The position numbers were made by a program, and so were the translations under genes. A DNA stretch of 64,000 nucleotides from an uncultured Planctomycetota bacterium (GTDB lineage: Bacteria; Planctomycetota; PLA2; JAEUHO01). Position 1 is the first letter of the stretch. Each line of letters begins with the position of its first letter. Shown here piece after piece: positions 1 to 10,466 of the stretch. Under the pieces are notes generated by a model, which ran no database searches, was not told where the DNA came from, and saw nothing but the letters and a program-made list of their open reading frames with translations. The stretch covers positions 2,144,001 to 2,208,000 of the forward strand of contig CAVVXN010000005.1 of the NCBI GenBank assembly GCA_963752285.1, read 5' to 3'.

Positions 1-539
1 CGCGCACGACGCGACGCCTCGATGCGGCAGAACTGGAGGTCGTCGATCGTCTTTGGACCGACCTCGGCCCGAAACGACTTGACCCACTGCTCGGGACACC
101 GCTCCCGCTCGGAGGCGATGCGCTTTCGCACGCGGCGCTCGACGTCCACGGCGCGCTTGGTCTTCGCCATCTCGAGCCAGGCGTCGTCCGCGAAGAGCAG
201 GTGCGCCGGGTCCCGGTAGATCCGCCCGAGCGCGACGACGGACCGGAACGTGACCTCGCCTCCGCGGAGCGCCGCCTCCACGCCATCGAGAGCCTCGAGC
301 GCGAACCCCGCAAGCATCAGGTCGTACGCACGCGACTCGTCGAACCCGAGACGCCCGGCGAGGCCCGGGACGGACGACGCGGCGTAGTAGCGGTGCGCGT
401 TCTTCCGGTGCAGCCGCGCGTAGAGCTTCGCGAGCTGGATGTCCTGCTCGAGAACGCCGTCCCGCATGCCGCGGAGCGCCGCGACGGCCTCCTCGTCGGG
501 CTCGGCTTCGAAAGAGCGGCGATCGACCCGGAACAACAT
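1..539 (-). CDS. Hypothetical protein, 3' end beyond the window edge; possibly a DUF222/HNH-type N-terminal region
   Basis: Open minus-strand frame read by hand from ATG 539 (in-frame GTG at 572) to base 1: MLFRVDRRSFEAEPDEEAVAALRGMRDG...ALRGGEVTFRSVVALGR. Absent from the ORF track because there is no stop. Family call is inference. Confidence 0.55.
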   Translation of the reverse strand, partial: MLFRVDRRSFEAEPDEEAVAALRGMRDGVLEQDIQLAKLYARLHRKNAHRYYAASSVPGLAGRLGFDESRAYDLMLAGFALEALDGVEAALRGGEVTFRSVVALGRIYRDPAHLLFADDAWLEMAKTKRAVDVERRVRKRIASERERCPEQWVKSFRAEVGPKTIDDLQFCRIEASRRA

Positions 540-712
540 GACGAACAGAAACCTATCCGCCCCCCCCGACACTCCCAAGAGCCCGAGAATCAGGCCTCCG
601 AGGAGCCCCACCCCAGGCCAGCACGGCTCCAACCCGCAGGCCCTCGCCACCGCGCCCCCCCCCACGCGCCTCTCCCAAGACTCCCTGGGAACCCGGGCCC
701 CCCTTCGCTACG

Positions 713-1255
713 GTGGCCCTCCTCGGGGAGGGACGACCGGTGAGACGCGTGACAAGGACGCACAGCGCCCCTTTCGCGCTCGCGCTGCTGACGCTGCTGC
801 TCCTCGCGGCGTGCGCGGCCGGACCGGGGAGCGAGTGGGCGAGGACCGACCCGCCCGCGGGCTTCTTCACCGGACTCTGGCACGGTCTGATCCTCGTCGT
901 GGCGCTCGTGGTCTCGTTCTTCACCGGGACGGTTCGGGTCTACGAGACCCACAACGTCGGAACGGCTTACGACATCGGCTTCGTGCTCGGCACGATGCTC
1001 CTATACGGCAGCGGCATTCGCATCACGTTCCACCGCGCGCGCAGAAGGGGCCACGTGGTCGTCCACCCGACGAGCGACGACGTCGCCGGCCGCGTCGAGA
1101 AACGCGTTCGCCAGAAGCTCTCGGGCCTCCTCACCGATGACGAGCTCGATCAGCTCGGTGAGAAGGTGGTGCGTGACGTCCGCGCACGACTGCGCCGCTG
1201 GCTCGAGGACGACGAGGACGACCCGACGAGACCGCCCCCTACCGAACCCGGATGA
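713..1255 (+). CDS. Small membrane lipoprotein (AGFFxGLWHG-type)
   Basis: Lipobox LLAAC followed by hydrophobic segments GLWHGLILVVALVVSFF and YDIGFVLG. True start may be GTG ~749. Confidence 0.7.
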   Translation: MALLGEGRPVRRVTRTHSAPFALALLTLLLLAACAAGPGSEWARTDPPAGFFTGLWHGLILVVALVVSFFTGTVRVYETHNVGTAYDIGFVLGTMLLYGSGIRITFHRARRRGHVVVHPTSDDVAGRVEKRVRQKLSGLLTDDELDQLGEKVVRDVRARLRRWLEDDEDDPTRPPPTEPG

Positions 1256-1300
1256 CACCGACCGCACGGCCGCCCAGCAGCGCGCCCGCGGACGAGCCGG

Positions 1301-2470
1301 TCACCGCCTCGCCCCCTCCCGAAGCGTCCGCGCCCGCGCGAGGACCACGTCCCACCGAAACGCCGGCCCGGGGTCTACCTTGCGAACATCGACGTGCCAG
1401 TGCCCGAGCACGCCGGAGAAGCCCTGGCGCGCGGCGTCGGAGAGGACCGCGGTGTCGACGTGTCCCTCGGCGTCGCGCGGCGCGTCGAGCGGCATCTGCG
1501 GGAACACCACGGAGAGCGTCGCGAGGAGGCGCGCCAGCGCCTCGTACTGCTCCGGCGTGAGGTCGTACTGCCAGAGCCGCACCCCGTGGACGACCCCCTC
1601 GGCGATTCCGTCCGTCGCTGGCCGGGCCACGAGATCGGCCGGGAGCGCCCCCAACCGCACCCCGTCCGGGATCCGAAGACGCACGCCCGCCTCGTCCGGC
1701 ACGTACCACCGATCGAGCTCCGCGCGGTCCGGATACGCTCCGATGTTCGCGATCTCTACCCCCACGGACGCGTCGTTCGCGACGGTCGCGTGCCACGCGC
1801 GCTCCTTCACGTCGAGGGTCTGGTAGATCGTCCCGTCCACGTCGAGGAGGAAGTGCGTCGAGAGGCCGCGCACGTCGTGCAGGATCTCGAAGCATCGGGC
1901 GGACGTGCCCGCCGCGTCGTAGTGGAGCACCACCTGACGTACGACGTCCCGAAGGTCCGCGAGGCGCCAGCCCTGCGAACGCACCCGGGCCTCCACCTGC
2001 GCCGGGAGCCCCCGCCGGAGCGTCCCGAAGCGCATCGCCTCCGAGCCCGCCGACGGCAACGTCGTTCCGATCGCGAAGTGCCGCTCCGCGCGGTACGCGT
2101 CGTAGCCGCCCGGGTCGGTCCACAGGACGACCCGCGTCCCCGTGTGGAACAGGTGCCCGCACGCGACGATCTCGTCACCCCGCCTCACGAGCTCCGACCC
2201 CAGGGCCGCTTTCGTGTCACCGTGGACCGCGCGCTGCCCATTCGACGCCCGGGGCGCCGTACGTGTTGGGACCCCGCGAGGCGCAACGCTCCCCGGCGCA
2301 ACGGAGGTCGCGCGGGTCCCCGCCGACGAGGCCGCCCCCCCGCCGCATCGCGGCGCGCACGGCCGCCCCCGCCCGACGCAGCCGACGAGCGCGAGGACCA
2401 CGAGCAGACACGCCAGCGTGCACACGGGCGGACACGCAGGCGCGGACCGGACGAACGACGCATGGGGCAT
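1301..2470 (-). CDS. N-acetylmuramoyl-L-alanine amidase (Amidase_2/AmpD-like), lipoprotein-like N-terminus
   Basis: Motifs VVLHYD, STHFLLDVDGTIYQ, AWHA, SVGVEIAN, LGHWHV..KVDPGP. Confidence 0.88.
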   Translation of the reverse strand: MPHASFVRSAPACPPVCTLACLLVVLALVGCVGRGRPCAPRCGGGAASSAGTRATSVAPGSVAPRGVPTRTAPRASNGQRAVHGDTKAALGSELVRRGDEIVACGHLFHTGTRVVLWTDPGGYDAYRAERHFAIGTTLPSAGSEAMRFGTLRRGLPAQVEARVRSQGWRLADLRDVVRQVVLHYDAAGTSARCFEILHDVRGLSTHFLLDVDGTIYQTLDVKERAWHATVANDASVGVEIANIGAYPDRAELDRWYVPDEAGVRLRIPDGVRLGALPADLVARPATDGIAEGVVHGVRLWQYDLTPEQYEALARLLATLSVVFPQMPLDAPRDAEGHVDTAVLSDAARQGFSGVLGHWHVDVRKVDPGPAFRWDVVLARARTLREGARR

Positions 2471-2549
2471 CGAGCGGAGGATAGGGGCGAGGGCCCCCGG
2501 CCCGGCGGCGCGCTCCAGGCCGGAGGGGACGTCGGCCGATGAAGAGGCG

Positions 2550-3038
2550 ATGCGGCGCCTCCTCCCCAGCCTCCGCGTCCGCTTCCGCCGGCGGCTCCGG
2601 CGGCGAGTCGTCCTCGCGACGCTCGTGCTGGGCGCCGGCGGCGCGCTCGCGTGGCTCGCGCTCGTGCCCCGCTCCCTCTACGGCGGAGAGGTCTCGGGAA
2701 TCTACACGCACCTCTCGCTCGCGCCCGGGCGCTACTGGAGGCTCTCCAGAACGATCGAGACGAGCCTCCGCTTCGCCGACGACCACGGCGTCCGAAGCAC
2801 GGCGGGAGAGCCCACGTGCGAGGTGATCTGGATCGACCCGCAGACATCCGCGCTCTCGCGTTCGCCGCTCCCCGTGACGCCCGTCGTCGAGGACGGGAAG
2901 GCCCTGCGATGGGATCTCCGGCTCCACGTGCCGCGCGGCCTCTGGTTCTTCGGCGCGGCGATCCGCGGCACGTACCTGGACGGGACGGGCGCGTCCCACC
3001 CGATGGACTCGGAGCTCGGCGGCTACGCCCGACTCTGA
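2550..3038 (+). CDS. Membrane-anchored hypothetical protein
   Basis: ATG 2550 in the frame of ORF 2142..3038. Arg-rich start, one TM helix, then a beta-rich domain. Confidence 0.6.
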   Translation: MRRLLPSLRVRFRRRLRRRVVLATLVLGAGGALAWLALVPRSLYGGEVSGIYTHLSLAPGRYWRLSRTIETSLRFADDHGVRSTAGEPTCEVIWIDPQTSALSRSPLPVTPVVEDGKALRWDLRLHVPRGLWFFGAAIRGTYLDGTGASHPMDSELGGYARL

Positions 3039-3140
3039 TCCGGCGCGCGTCATGCCGGTCCAGCCGGCGCGGGTGGACCGCGCGGGGCCCAGTCGACGGA
3101 CTGAGCGGCAGGAGTCTGGCTTCGTGCGCCGGCCTCCGGG

Positions 3141-4316
3141 TCAGGGCCAGCGGACCCGACCGATCTCGCGCCACGGCACGACGTCGGCGGAGGAGCGGCG
3201 CTGACGCTCCGATCCTCCGTAGACGAGGACGCCAGGGCCTACGCGGCGGCTCCGCCCCAGGGCGTCCGGCAGCCGATCCAGGCCCGCGAAGGCGTCCGCG
3301 GCGATCGTCGCACCGGACTTGCACTCCACGCCGCGGATCTCCTCGCCCCCGTCGACGAGCAAGTCGATCTCGATCCCTCGCGTCTCCCGCAGGTGGAAGA
3401 GGGTGACCGACTGGCCGCGGTTCGCATGCGACTTCGAGACCTCCGCCGCGACCCAGCTCTCGAAGATCGCCCCGCGGAGCGGGTGCGTGCGGAGCTGGTC
3501 CACCGTCCGGATGCCGAGGAGCTGGCAGAGCAGCCCCGTGTCCAACCAGTGGACCTTGGCCGTCTTGACGAGCCGCTTCCGCGGGCTCCGCGCCCACGCG
3601 GGGACGCGGAACACGAGGAAGCTCGCCTCCAGCACCGACAGCCACGACCTCGCGGTGTTGTGCGACACGCCGGCGTCGGCCCCGAGAGCGGAGAGGTTCA
3701 GCTCCCGGGCCGTGCGCCCGGCGAGGAGGCGCATGAACGTGGTGAACGCCTCCAGGTCGCCGACGGCGAGGAGGCGCCGCACGTCGCGCTGTAGATACGT
3801 CGACACGTAGTCCGCGAGCCACCGCGGTGCCGGGATGCGTTGATCGTGGATACGCGGGAAGCCCCCGGCGAGGAGCGCGGGGAAGAGCTCGGTCGGCGCA
3901 CGAGGAAACCGTGCCAGCTCGTCGAACGCCAGGGGCAGGAGGTGGAGCACGGCCGTCCGGCCGGCCAGGGTCTGCGCGACGGATCCCGACAAGCCGAAGT
4001 GCTCGGAACCGGTGAGGATCCACCGGCCCGGCACCGGTCGTTCGTCCACCTCCGCCTGGAGGTAGGAGAGGAGCGCGGGAACGTACTGCACCTCATCCAG
4101 CACGGCCCCCGGGGCGTGCTGGGCGAGGAATCCGCGGGGGTCGTCCGACGCGTACGCGCGATCGTCGAGACGTTCGAAACTGACGTAGGCCTTCCGCGGG
4201 AAGACGTGGCGGCAGAGGGTGGTCTTGCCGGACTGCCGCGGACCGGTCACGGTGACGACGGGGTACGCGCGGGCCGCGCGCACGAGTACCGGAGCGAGGG
4301 CCCGGCGTACGTACAT
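3141..4316 (-). CDS. AAA_14 ATPase with DUF4143 C-terminus
   Basis: Walker A GPRQSGKT, LDEVQ, ILTGS, GGFP, DTGL, EIDLLV..VECKS. Confidence 0.92.
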   Translation of the reverse strand: MYVRRALAPVLVRAARAYPVVTVTGPRQSGKTTLCRHVFPRKAYVSFERLDDRAYASDDPRGFLAQHAPGAVLDEVQYVPALLSYLQAEVDERPVPGRWILTGSEHFGLSGSVAQTLAGRTAVLHLLPLAFDELARFPRAPTELFPALLAGGFPRIHDQRIPAPRWLADYVSTYLQRDVRRLLAVGDLEAFTTFMRLLAGRTARELNLSALGADAGVSHNTARSWLSVLEASFLVFRVPAWARSPRKRLVKTAKVHWLDTGLLCQLLGIRTVDQLRTHPLRGAIFESWVAAEVSKSHANRGQSVTLFHLRETRGIEIDLLVDGGEEIRGVECKSGATIAADAFAGLDRLPDALGRSRRVGPGVLVYGGSERQRRSSADVVPWREIGRVRWP

Positions 4317-4418
4317 ACACGGATTGCAGACTTACAATCGGTGAAAGTCCGAGATCCCGGCCTGGGGCGGCGCGTCCGGACGGCGCTCTGAAGCGGCGTA
4401 GACTCCGAAGCCAGGGAC

Positions 4419-5819
4419 ATGCGACGTCTGGTCTTGCTCCTGACCCTCGGCCTCGCGCTCTTCGGCGCGGGGGTCCTCGTGGGCCGCGCGATCCCCGGTC
4501 CGGCGCCGGACGGCGCGACGCGCCCGGCGACGTACGACGCCCCGGCCTTCGAGGAGCGGGCTCCCGCCGTGGCCCCCGATCCCGACAAGTCGCCGCCGCC
4601 AATCGCGGCCCCCCCTCCGCACGCCGAGCCCCCGGCCCCGCCGGCGCTCGAGGGCCACGCCCAGAGCCTCCGCGACCGGATCGCCTCCCTCGCGCGCCGC
4701 CACGCGAAGGAAATGGAGACGGAGGCGCCCCTCACGGACCCAGGGCTCGACGAGGCCATCCGGCAGATCGACCGAGGGCTCGCGAAGATCCGCCAGACCG
4801 AGCAGGAGGATACCGAGGAGGCGGTCGACGACGCGGCCTACGACCTCGCCCAGTACGAGGCTGCGCGGCACGCGATCGGCACGCTCGCGAGCGCGCGGTC
4901 CCTGGTGCTCCAGTCGCGCGGAGCGGCGGTCGAGCTGACGCGCCCCGGCGGGTCCGCGAGCGTGGTGAGCGACGTCCCGATCGACGTCCAGACGCAGCTT
5001 CGGCCGGGCGAGATCCCGACATCCTACGCAACGGTGGGCGTGGTCCCGCCGGGCCTGGTGCTGGTCGTGGAGCGGATCCGGCTCCGCGCGAAGTGCGGCA
5101 CGAGCAGCGGCTACCCGGGTTCCGTCATGGTGCAGATCGACGGCTCCGACGTCCTCGCGTGCCGCCACCACTGGGGAGACTACGAGGTCACGCTCGAGGG
5201 CTCGGCGGTCTTCCGTCCTCTCCGCGGCGAGATCCGGCTCGTCGCCTACGATTCGGTTGCCGAGGCGACGATCACCGCGCGGCTCGTCCCGGTGGACGAA
5301 GCGCCCGATTCCGAGCGGGCGAGCCTCCAGCTCACGGAGGCCGGGGCCGGCGTACGACATGCGGGCCCGGTGCTCCTCCAGGTGGCGAACTCGCGCGCCA
5401 ACCCGGTGTCGCTCGACCTCACGGGCGAGACGAGCCGTTCGCCGTCCGTCTACGAACCCTACCCGCCACGGTGGTCCGCGAGCTCGGTCTGGAACGCGAC
5501 GCCGCACACGTCCACGCCTCTCGTCCACGCCGAGGGGCAGGGCCCGGCGTGGGGCGCGCCGCTCCGCGCAGCGCGCGTCGAGTGGCGGATGGCGGCGCTC
5601 CCCGGCCGAGAGGCGGTCTTCGAGGCGTACGTGCGAGGCCGCGCGGTCGTCCGCGCGAAGGCCGAAGCGGGGGCCGAGAAGCACGGGACCTGGACGCTCG
5701 ACGAGGCCACAGCGAACGCGTTCGGCCCCGCGCGAGACGCCCACGGCCTGCCCTTCGAGGGAATCATCTGCCAAGGCTGCGTCGGCGAGGCGGTCTTCAC
5801 GCTCGAGCCCCCGCCGTAG
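4419..5819 (+). CDS. Exported hypothetical protein
   Basis: N-terminal hydrophobic signal/anchor, Pro-rich linker, helical segment, beta-rich C-terminus. High-GC codon pattern. Confidence 0.7.
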   Translation: MRRLVLLLTLGLALFGAGVLVGRAIPGPAPDGATRPATYDAPAFEERAPAVAPDPDKSPPPIAAPPPHAEPPAPPALEGHAQSLRDRIASLARRHAKEMETEAPLTDPGLDEAIRQIDRGLAKIRQTEQEDTEEAVDDAAYDLAQYEAARHAIGTLASARSLVLQSRGAAVELTRPGGSASVVSDVPIDVQTQLRPGEIPTSYATVGVVPPGLVLVVERIRLRAKCGTSSGYPGSVMVQIDGSDVLACRHHWGDYEVTLEGSAVFRPLRGEIRLVAYDSVAEATITARLVPVDEAPDSERASLQLTEAGAGVRHAGPVLLQVANSRANPVSLDLTGETSRSPSVYEPYPPRWSASSVWNATPHTSTPLVHAEGQGPAWGAPLRAARVEWRMAALPGREAVFEAYVRGRAVVRAKAEAGAEKHGTWTLDEATANAFGPARDAHGLPFEGIICQGCVGEAVFTLEPPP

Positions 5820-5921
5820 GGACGCGCCGTTCGCGCCCGCGTCGGCGTGGACCGCGCGGGGCCCCATCGACGAGGCGAGCAGCGGAAGGACGGCTCCGTG
5901 CGCTCGTCCGGACGCGCCGCC

Positions 5922-6560
5922 TCACCGGAACGTGGCGGTCACCTCGGTCCCCAGTCCGGCACAGCGTAGGCAACGCCGTCGGAGGGGTTCGCCCGAGGGT
6001 CCGGGCACGGTCTCAACGCCAGCGCCCTGGCACGCCGGGCAGGGCGTGTGCTCCCGCGGCCCGGCCTCGAACACATCGGTGTTCTCCGCGAAGTACGCGA
6101 ACAGCCACTCGGCTCTCGTCCCGGGATCCGCGCTCTCCCACCACTGATCCCGCGTGGGAGGGTTCGGCCCGTCGTACTCGGGGCTGGGCCGTCGCTCCGG
6201 CGTGGGCGGCGGGCGGGGTCCCACGGCGTGGACGACGAACGTGCCGCTCGAGTAGGAGGCGGTGATCCAGGTCCGGCGCGTGCTGGCCTCCCACCGCTCG
6301 CGCGCGCGGGCGGGGGTGACGCGCTCTTCCCCCGAGAGACGGTCCGCGAGGGCCGCGAAGGCGAGGTCCGACAGATCCCGACGCGCAAAGGACACGGCGT
6401 CCTGGATCGACCAGGCCTCCGGTGCTCGCGACGCCACCTGCTTCTGGATGAGGCCTCGCACGATCTGGGCAAACGCCTCGGTGGATGGGGAGGGCGCTTC
6501 CTCGCGCCGACCGCAGCCGGCAAGCAGCAGCGCAGTGAGGAGGACGCTGGTTCGCTTCAT
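5922..6560 (-). CDS. Lipoprotein with C-terminal CxxCxGxG zinc-finger-like motif
   Basis: MKRTSVLLTALLLAGC lipobox; CPACQGAG...CLRCAGLG. Confidence 0.7.
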   Translation of the reverse strand: MKRTSVLLTALLLAGCGRREEAPSPSTEAFAQIVRGLIQKQVASRAPEAWSIQDAVSFARRDLSDLAFAALADRLSGEERVTPARARERWEASTRRTWITASYSSGTFVVHAVGPRPPPTPERRPSPEYDGPNPPTRDQWWESADPGTRAEWLFAYFAENTDVFEAGPREHTPCPACQGAGVETVPGPSGEPLRRRCLRCAGLGTEVTATFR

Positions 6561-6825
6561 CCCGAAGACGTGGTTCGTCTCAGCGGCCCAGGATACTCGC
6601 GCGGCATCGATCGCGCTCACGGTGTGGTCGTGGACCGCGCGGGGCCCCATCGACGAAATGCGCGACAGGAGCCTCGCTCCTTGCGGCCCCGAACGCGCCC
6701 GCGCGAGGGCCATCGGCGCCGAATCGGTCGGCTCCGAGCCCGCGCCCGAGAGACCCCTCGGGTGGAGGACCTCTTCTGTCGCGTGCTACCTTCCCGCGCG
6801 CGCGGTGCGGCGTGGAGGGATCGCC

Positions 6826-7561
6826 TTGAGGTCCGAAGCTGCGCGTCGTTCGTTCGTCTCTTCGGTGATCCTGTCCTGCTTCGGCCTGCTGGCCGGCTGC
6901 GGAGGCGGGTCGACGGGCCCGGCCTCGCTCCGCGTCGTCTCGGTCACGGGTCCCCTCCAGGCGAACGGCGAGACGGCATTCGTCGCGTCGGGGGACGGGT
7001 TCTCGGGCCCGACCGCGACGGTGCGCTTCGTCGCGGCGCGGGCACGCCCTTCCTCCACGGGACCTCGGCCGTGCTCTCGACGAGAGGCGCCGTCGACTCG
7101 GCGACGAGACTCAGCGGGATCCACGGCACGATGCCCCCCCTCGCCTCGCTCGCGGCCACGGCGTCGTCACCGAAGCCGGCGCCGGCGGCCCTCGCGCGCG
7201 GCGCCCTGACCGTGGGGACGGACGGCAGCGTGGCCGCCGTGATGTCGGTCCGGTTCGCGAGGGGGACACCAACACGCCGCCCGTCCTGTCCGCCCTGCTC
7301 CAGCACCCGAGCTCGCTGCTCGGCGACCCGGACTGGTACGTGGTCCTGTGGGACGGAACGTACGTGACCCGGCTCGACGTGGGCGACGCACGGATCGGCT
7401 ACGGAATCCACATGGACGACTCGATCGAGTCCCCGGTGGAGGACTTCACCGCCTCGGACGCCGGCACGTGGACGCTGACGCGAAGCGCACCGGCCCTTCC
7501 CAACGTGCAGTGGGGCGGCATGCCCTCGAGCCCGGTCCCGATCGTCTGGGCGAACTACTGA
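6826..7561 (+). pseudogene. Frameshifted lipoprotein remnant
   Basis: Lipobox LLAGC-GGG. Protein-like sequence moves across three frames (ORFs 6262, 6048, 7340). Confidence 0.45.
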
Positions 7562-7868
7562 GCTGCCGTTCGCGAGCGCGAGAGGAAGACCAGGTTCTCG
7601 AGGGCCGGCCAGGCAGCTCGAGCGCGATCGGAAGCGGGACCGAGCCATGGACCGCGCGGGCCCCCACCGGGACCGAACCGACGCGCACGCGCCCCGCGGG
7701 GTTTCGTTCCAGGGGGGCGCGGGGTCCCATTCGAAGGGGCCGCGGGGTCCCTCTTCAGGAGGCCGCGGATCCTCCTTCGGGACGCCGCCTCAACTCTCGC
7801 GACGCGCGCGCCTCCGGTCCGCGCCCGACCGCACCGGCGGTATCATCCCGCCCTCCGACGCCCGCCGT

Positions 7869-7945
7869 GTCCCCGTAGCTCAGATGGATAGAGCACCGGT
7901 TTCCTAAACCGGGGGTCGCAGGTTCGAGTCCTGCCGGGGATACCA
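7869..7945 (+). tRNA. tRNA-Arg (anticodon CCT)
   Basis: Acceptor GTCCCCG/CGGGGAT, D arm GCTCAGATGGATAGAGC, anticodon arm CCGGT-TTCCTAA-ACCGG, T loop GGTTCGAGTCC, encoded CCA end. Confidence 0.97.
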
Positions 7946-7951
7946 CCTCGC
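7896..7951 (+). repeat. att core, left copy (3' part of tRNA-Arg)
   Basis: 56 bp identical to 45843-45898. Confidence 0.93.
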
Positions 7952-8245
7952 GCTCCGCATGAAATGGCCCCGTGTGGGACGCTCAGCCGCCGCGTGCTCT
8001 CGACGGCGCACACCCCTCCGGTCCGCGGAACTTCCCGATCCACCCCCGATCAACGCCCGATTCCGGCGGCGTGCTGGTACGGGTGCTGGGACAGGGGAGA
8101 TCCCTACGTCCCGGATATTCTCCCCCATCAACGTCCGATCGGCACCGGATTCGCCGGGGCGTGAGAGGCTATTGAGGGCGGCCTCCCGGGGGCCGACCAC
8201 GCAGCGGATCACGGGAGCCAGCAGGCCGGCACGAGGTAGACCACC

Positions 8246-8620
8246 ATGGGGCATCTGCGGCTCGGGGAACTTCCCCGAACCAGGAAGTGGCAGCAGGTCG
8301 TCGCTCTCATTGATGGCGGCGCCGGCACCGCCCAGATCGCCACGGCAACGATCTCCGCCGCGGACAAGGGTCTCAATCTCGCCGGCGAGGATGAGGGCCT
8401 CGTCGAGACGATCTGGCTGCTAACGCAGCTTCCCTTGGCGGCTCAGTCGGACGACTTCGCCGGCGCTCTGCGCGATGCGGGGCTCGACGTCGGCGACGCC
8501 CCCACCCTGATGGAGGTCGTCGGCGCGATCTCGGACGCTGTCGATCGGCGGTTAGCTTCGAACGGGGGCGAACAGACCTCGGCGAGATGGCCGAGATGGC
8601 CGCGGCTGAGACCCTCACCG
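8246..8620 (+). pseudogene. N-terminal fragment of a conserved protein (MGHLRLGELPRTRKWQQVV), possibly a QatB-like QueC partner
   Basis: Frameshift in the G-run near 8565, then an abrupt junction to the AAA gene. Family recalled from memory, unverified. Confidence 0.45.
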
Positions 8621-9405
8621 ACGCGTCCCCGCGTCCCGCCGGCGATCGGTTCGCCATCCTCTCGGGGCGCCTCGACGGCGCGAAGCGCACCATGGTCTAC
8701 GGCCCCGGTGGAGCCGGGAAGTCCACGCTGGCCTCCCTCACCCCCAGCCCGGTTGTCCTCGACGTCGAGGGCGGCACGAAGGGGATCGAGGTCGCCCGCG
8801 TCCTCGACGGCATCGAGACGTGGCAGGGCCTGCGGGAGTGCCTGCAGTCCGACGCGCTGGACGGCTACTCCACGATCGTGATCGACTCGGTCACGAAGGC
8901 CGAGGAGATGGCCGTCGCCCACACGCTCGCGACCGTCCCCAACGAGCGCGGCCAGAGGATGCGGAACCTCTCCGAGTACGGATTCGGGAAGGGGGACCGC
9001 CACCTCTACGACACCTTCCTCCACCTCCTCATGGACCTGGACCGGCACGTGCGCGCCGGACGCAACGTCGTGCTCGTGGCGCACGTGTGCACGACGCCCG
9101 TCCCCAACCCCATGTCGGACGACTGGCTCCAGTACCAGCCGCGCCTGCAGACAACGAAGAAGGGCGACAACTCGATCCGGGAGCGGACATTCGAGTGGTG
9201 CGACCACGTGCTCTTCCTGGGCTACGACGTCGCCGTCGCCGAGGGCGGCAAGGGTATCGGGGAAGGGACGCGCACGATCTGGACGTCGGAGCGCCCCACG
9301 CACCGCGCGAAGGTGCGCGGCGTGGAGCGTGAGATCGAGCCGCGCCCGTTCGAGGGCCCGCGCGACGGAGCGATCTGGCAGCTGCTCCTCGGAGGTGCCC
9401 GATGA
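8621..9405 (+). CDS. AAA_24/Sak4-like phage NTP-binding protein, native 5' end lost
   Basis: VYGPGGAGKST, LDVEGG, IVIDS, YGFGKG, VLVAH, EWCDHVLF. Confidence 0.8.
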
Positions 9406-9732
9406 GGCGCCTCGACCGCCCGGGGATCTTCAAGGCCCGGCCGCTCAGCTGGGCCGTTCGCACGGCGGAGAGCGGCGCCGTCTCGATCAGCGCCGAGTAC
9501 CTGGTCCTGGCGCAGCTCGACGGGACGGAGTGGATCGACTGGTCCGAGGCCGAGGAGCACACCGTCTTCGGCGACACCTACGTCGTGAAACGCGACGGCA
9601 CCGTGAACACGTCCGGCGTCGAGCAGCTCGTCGCCGCACTCGGGTGGAACGGGGACCTGCGCTCCGTCGTCGGGCGGCCGCCGCAGGTGGTCGTCCAGAT
9701 CAACGTGAAGGACGAGGAGTACCAGGGGAAGC
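9402..9732 (+). pseudogene. Truncated phage SSB-like (DUF669-type) gene
   Basis: Coupled to the AAA_24 gene (ATGA overlap). Ends at VQINVKDEEYQGK, where it fuses in frame to DUF5049. Confidence 0.5.
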
Positions 9733-9930
9733 GCCGCGTCCCCCCCACGGTCCGCGAGGGGCTCGAGGCCGTCCGGCTCTCGGGCCTAACCAACATGCTC
9801 GACCGGCCGGCGGTGGCACGGATCGCCGCCGAGATGGGCTACGACGCCTGCGCGCGCTGGGTCCACCGCAACCGCGATCTCTACGCGCGCGGCGTCTTCC
9901 ACGGGTTCGAGGCCGGCGACGACGGGGAGG
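9733..9930 (+). pseudogene. DUF5049-like small protein, copy fused to the upstream SSB
   Basis: VREGLEAVRLSGLTNMLDRPAV; near-identical to 19683-19901. Confidence 0.7.
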
Positions 9931-10120
9931 GGATGCGAGGAACATCTACACGACGACGGCGCTTCACACGCGGAGTTCGCAGGCCCCGCAGTCACCTGGA
10001 CTCACGGGACTTTGGATGTGGTCCGGGGACGGGGGGTTGACGACCGCCTTGGATGGGGCTCTACTCCGGCTGTGGGGCGCCCAGGGGAAGGGCCTCAGGA
10101 GCCCCGCGCCGGAGAAGACG

Positions 10121-10456
10121 ATAATCACGCTACTGAGCTACTTCACCTACGCCCTGGCGAGCGGGCAGACCTTCGTGACCGAGTGGATGCGCATTCCTGA
10201 CGGTTACCAGAACTGGCAACTCGTCGTGGCCCAGTACGGGAAGATCTCAACCACGACTGTCACCTTTCAGTTGCAGACCTGCTGGGACACGGCGAGCCCA
10301 CAGGACATCGGTACGAGCATTCTCCTCGGCGGCCTGCTGGGACCGGACCCGCAGGACATCAGCTCGGGGATGGGCCCGATGGTCCGCGTGCGCCTCGTCG
10401 CGGGCGACGACTCGGTCGGGACCATCTCCGTCTACCTCACGCCGAAGAGCGAGTAG
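10121..10456 (+). CDS. Small beta-rich hypothetical protein (cargo 1, gene a); apparent ATA start
   Basis: GGAG at 10111 precedes ATA ATC ACG CTA; 111 codons, (M)ITLLSYFTYAL...VYLTPKSE. Confidence 0.55.
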   Translation: MITLLSYFTYALASGQTFVTEWMRIPDGYQNWQLVVAQYGKISTTTVTFQLQTCWDTASPQDIGTSILLGGLLGPDPQDISSGMGPMVRVRLVAGDDSVGTISVYLTPKSE

Positions 10457-10466
10457 GAGGGGGGCC

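Noticed and set aside
2222..7669. CRISPR array interpretation of the 26-bp repeats
   Set aside because: Spacing is 0.8-2.8 kb with whole genes in between, and no cas genes were seen.
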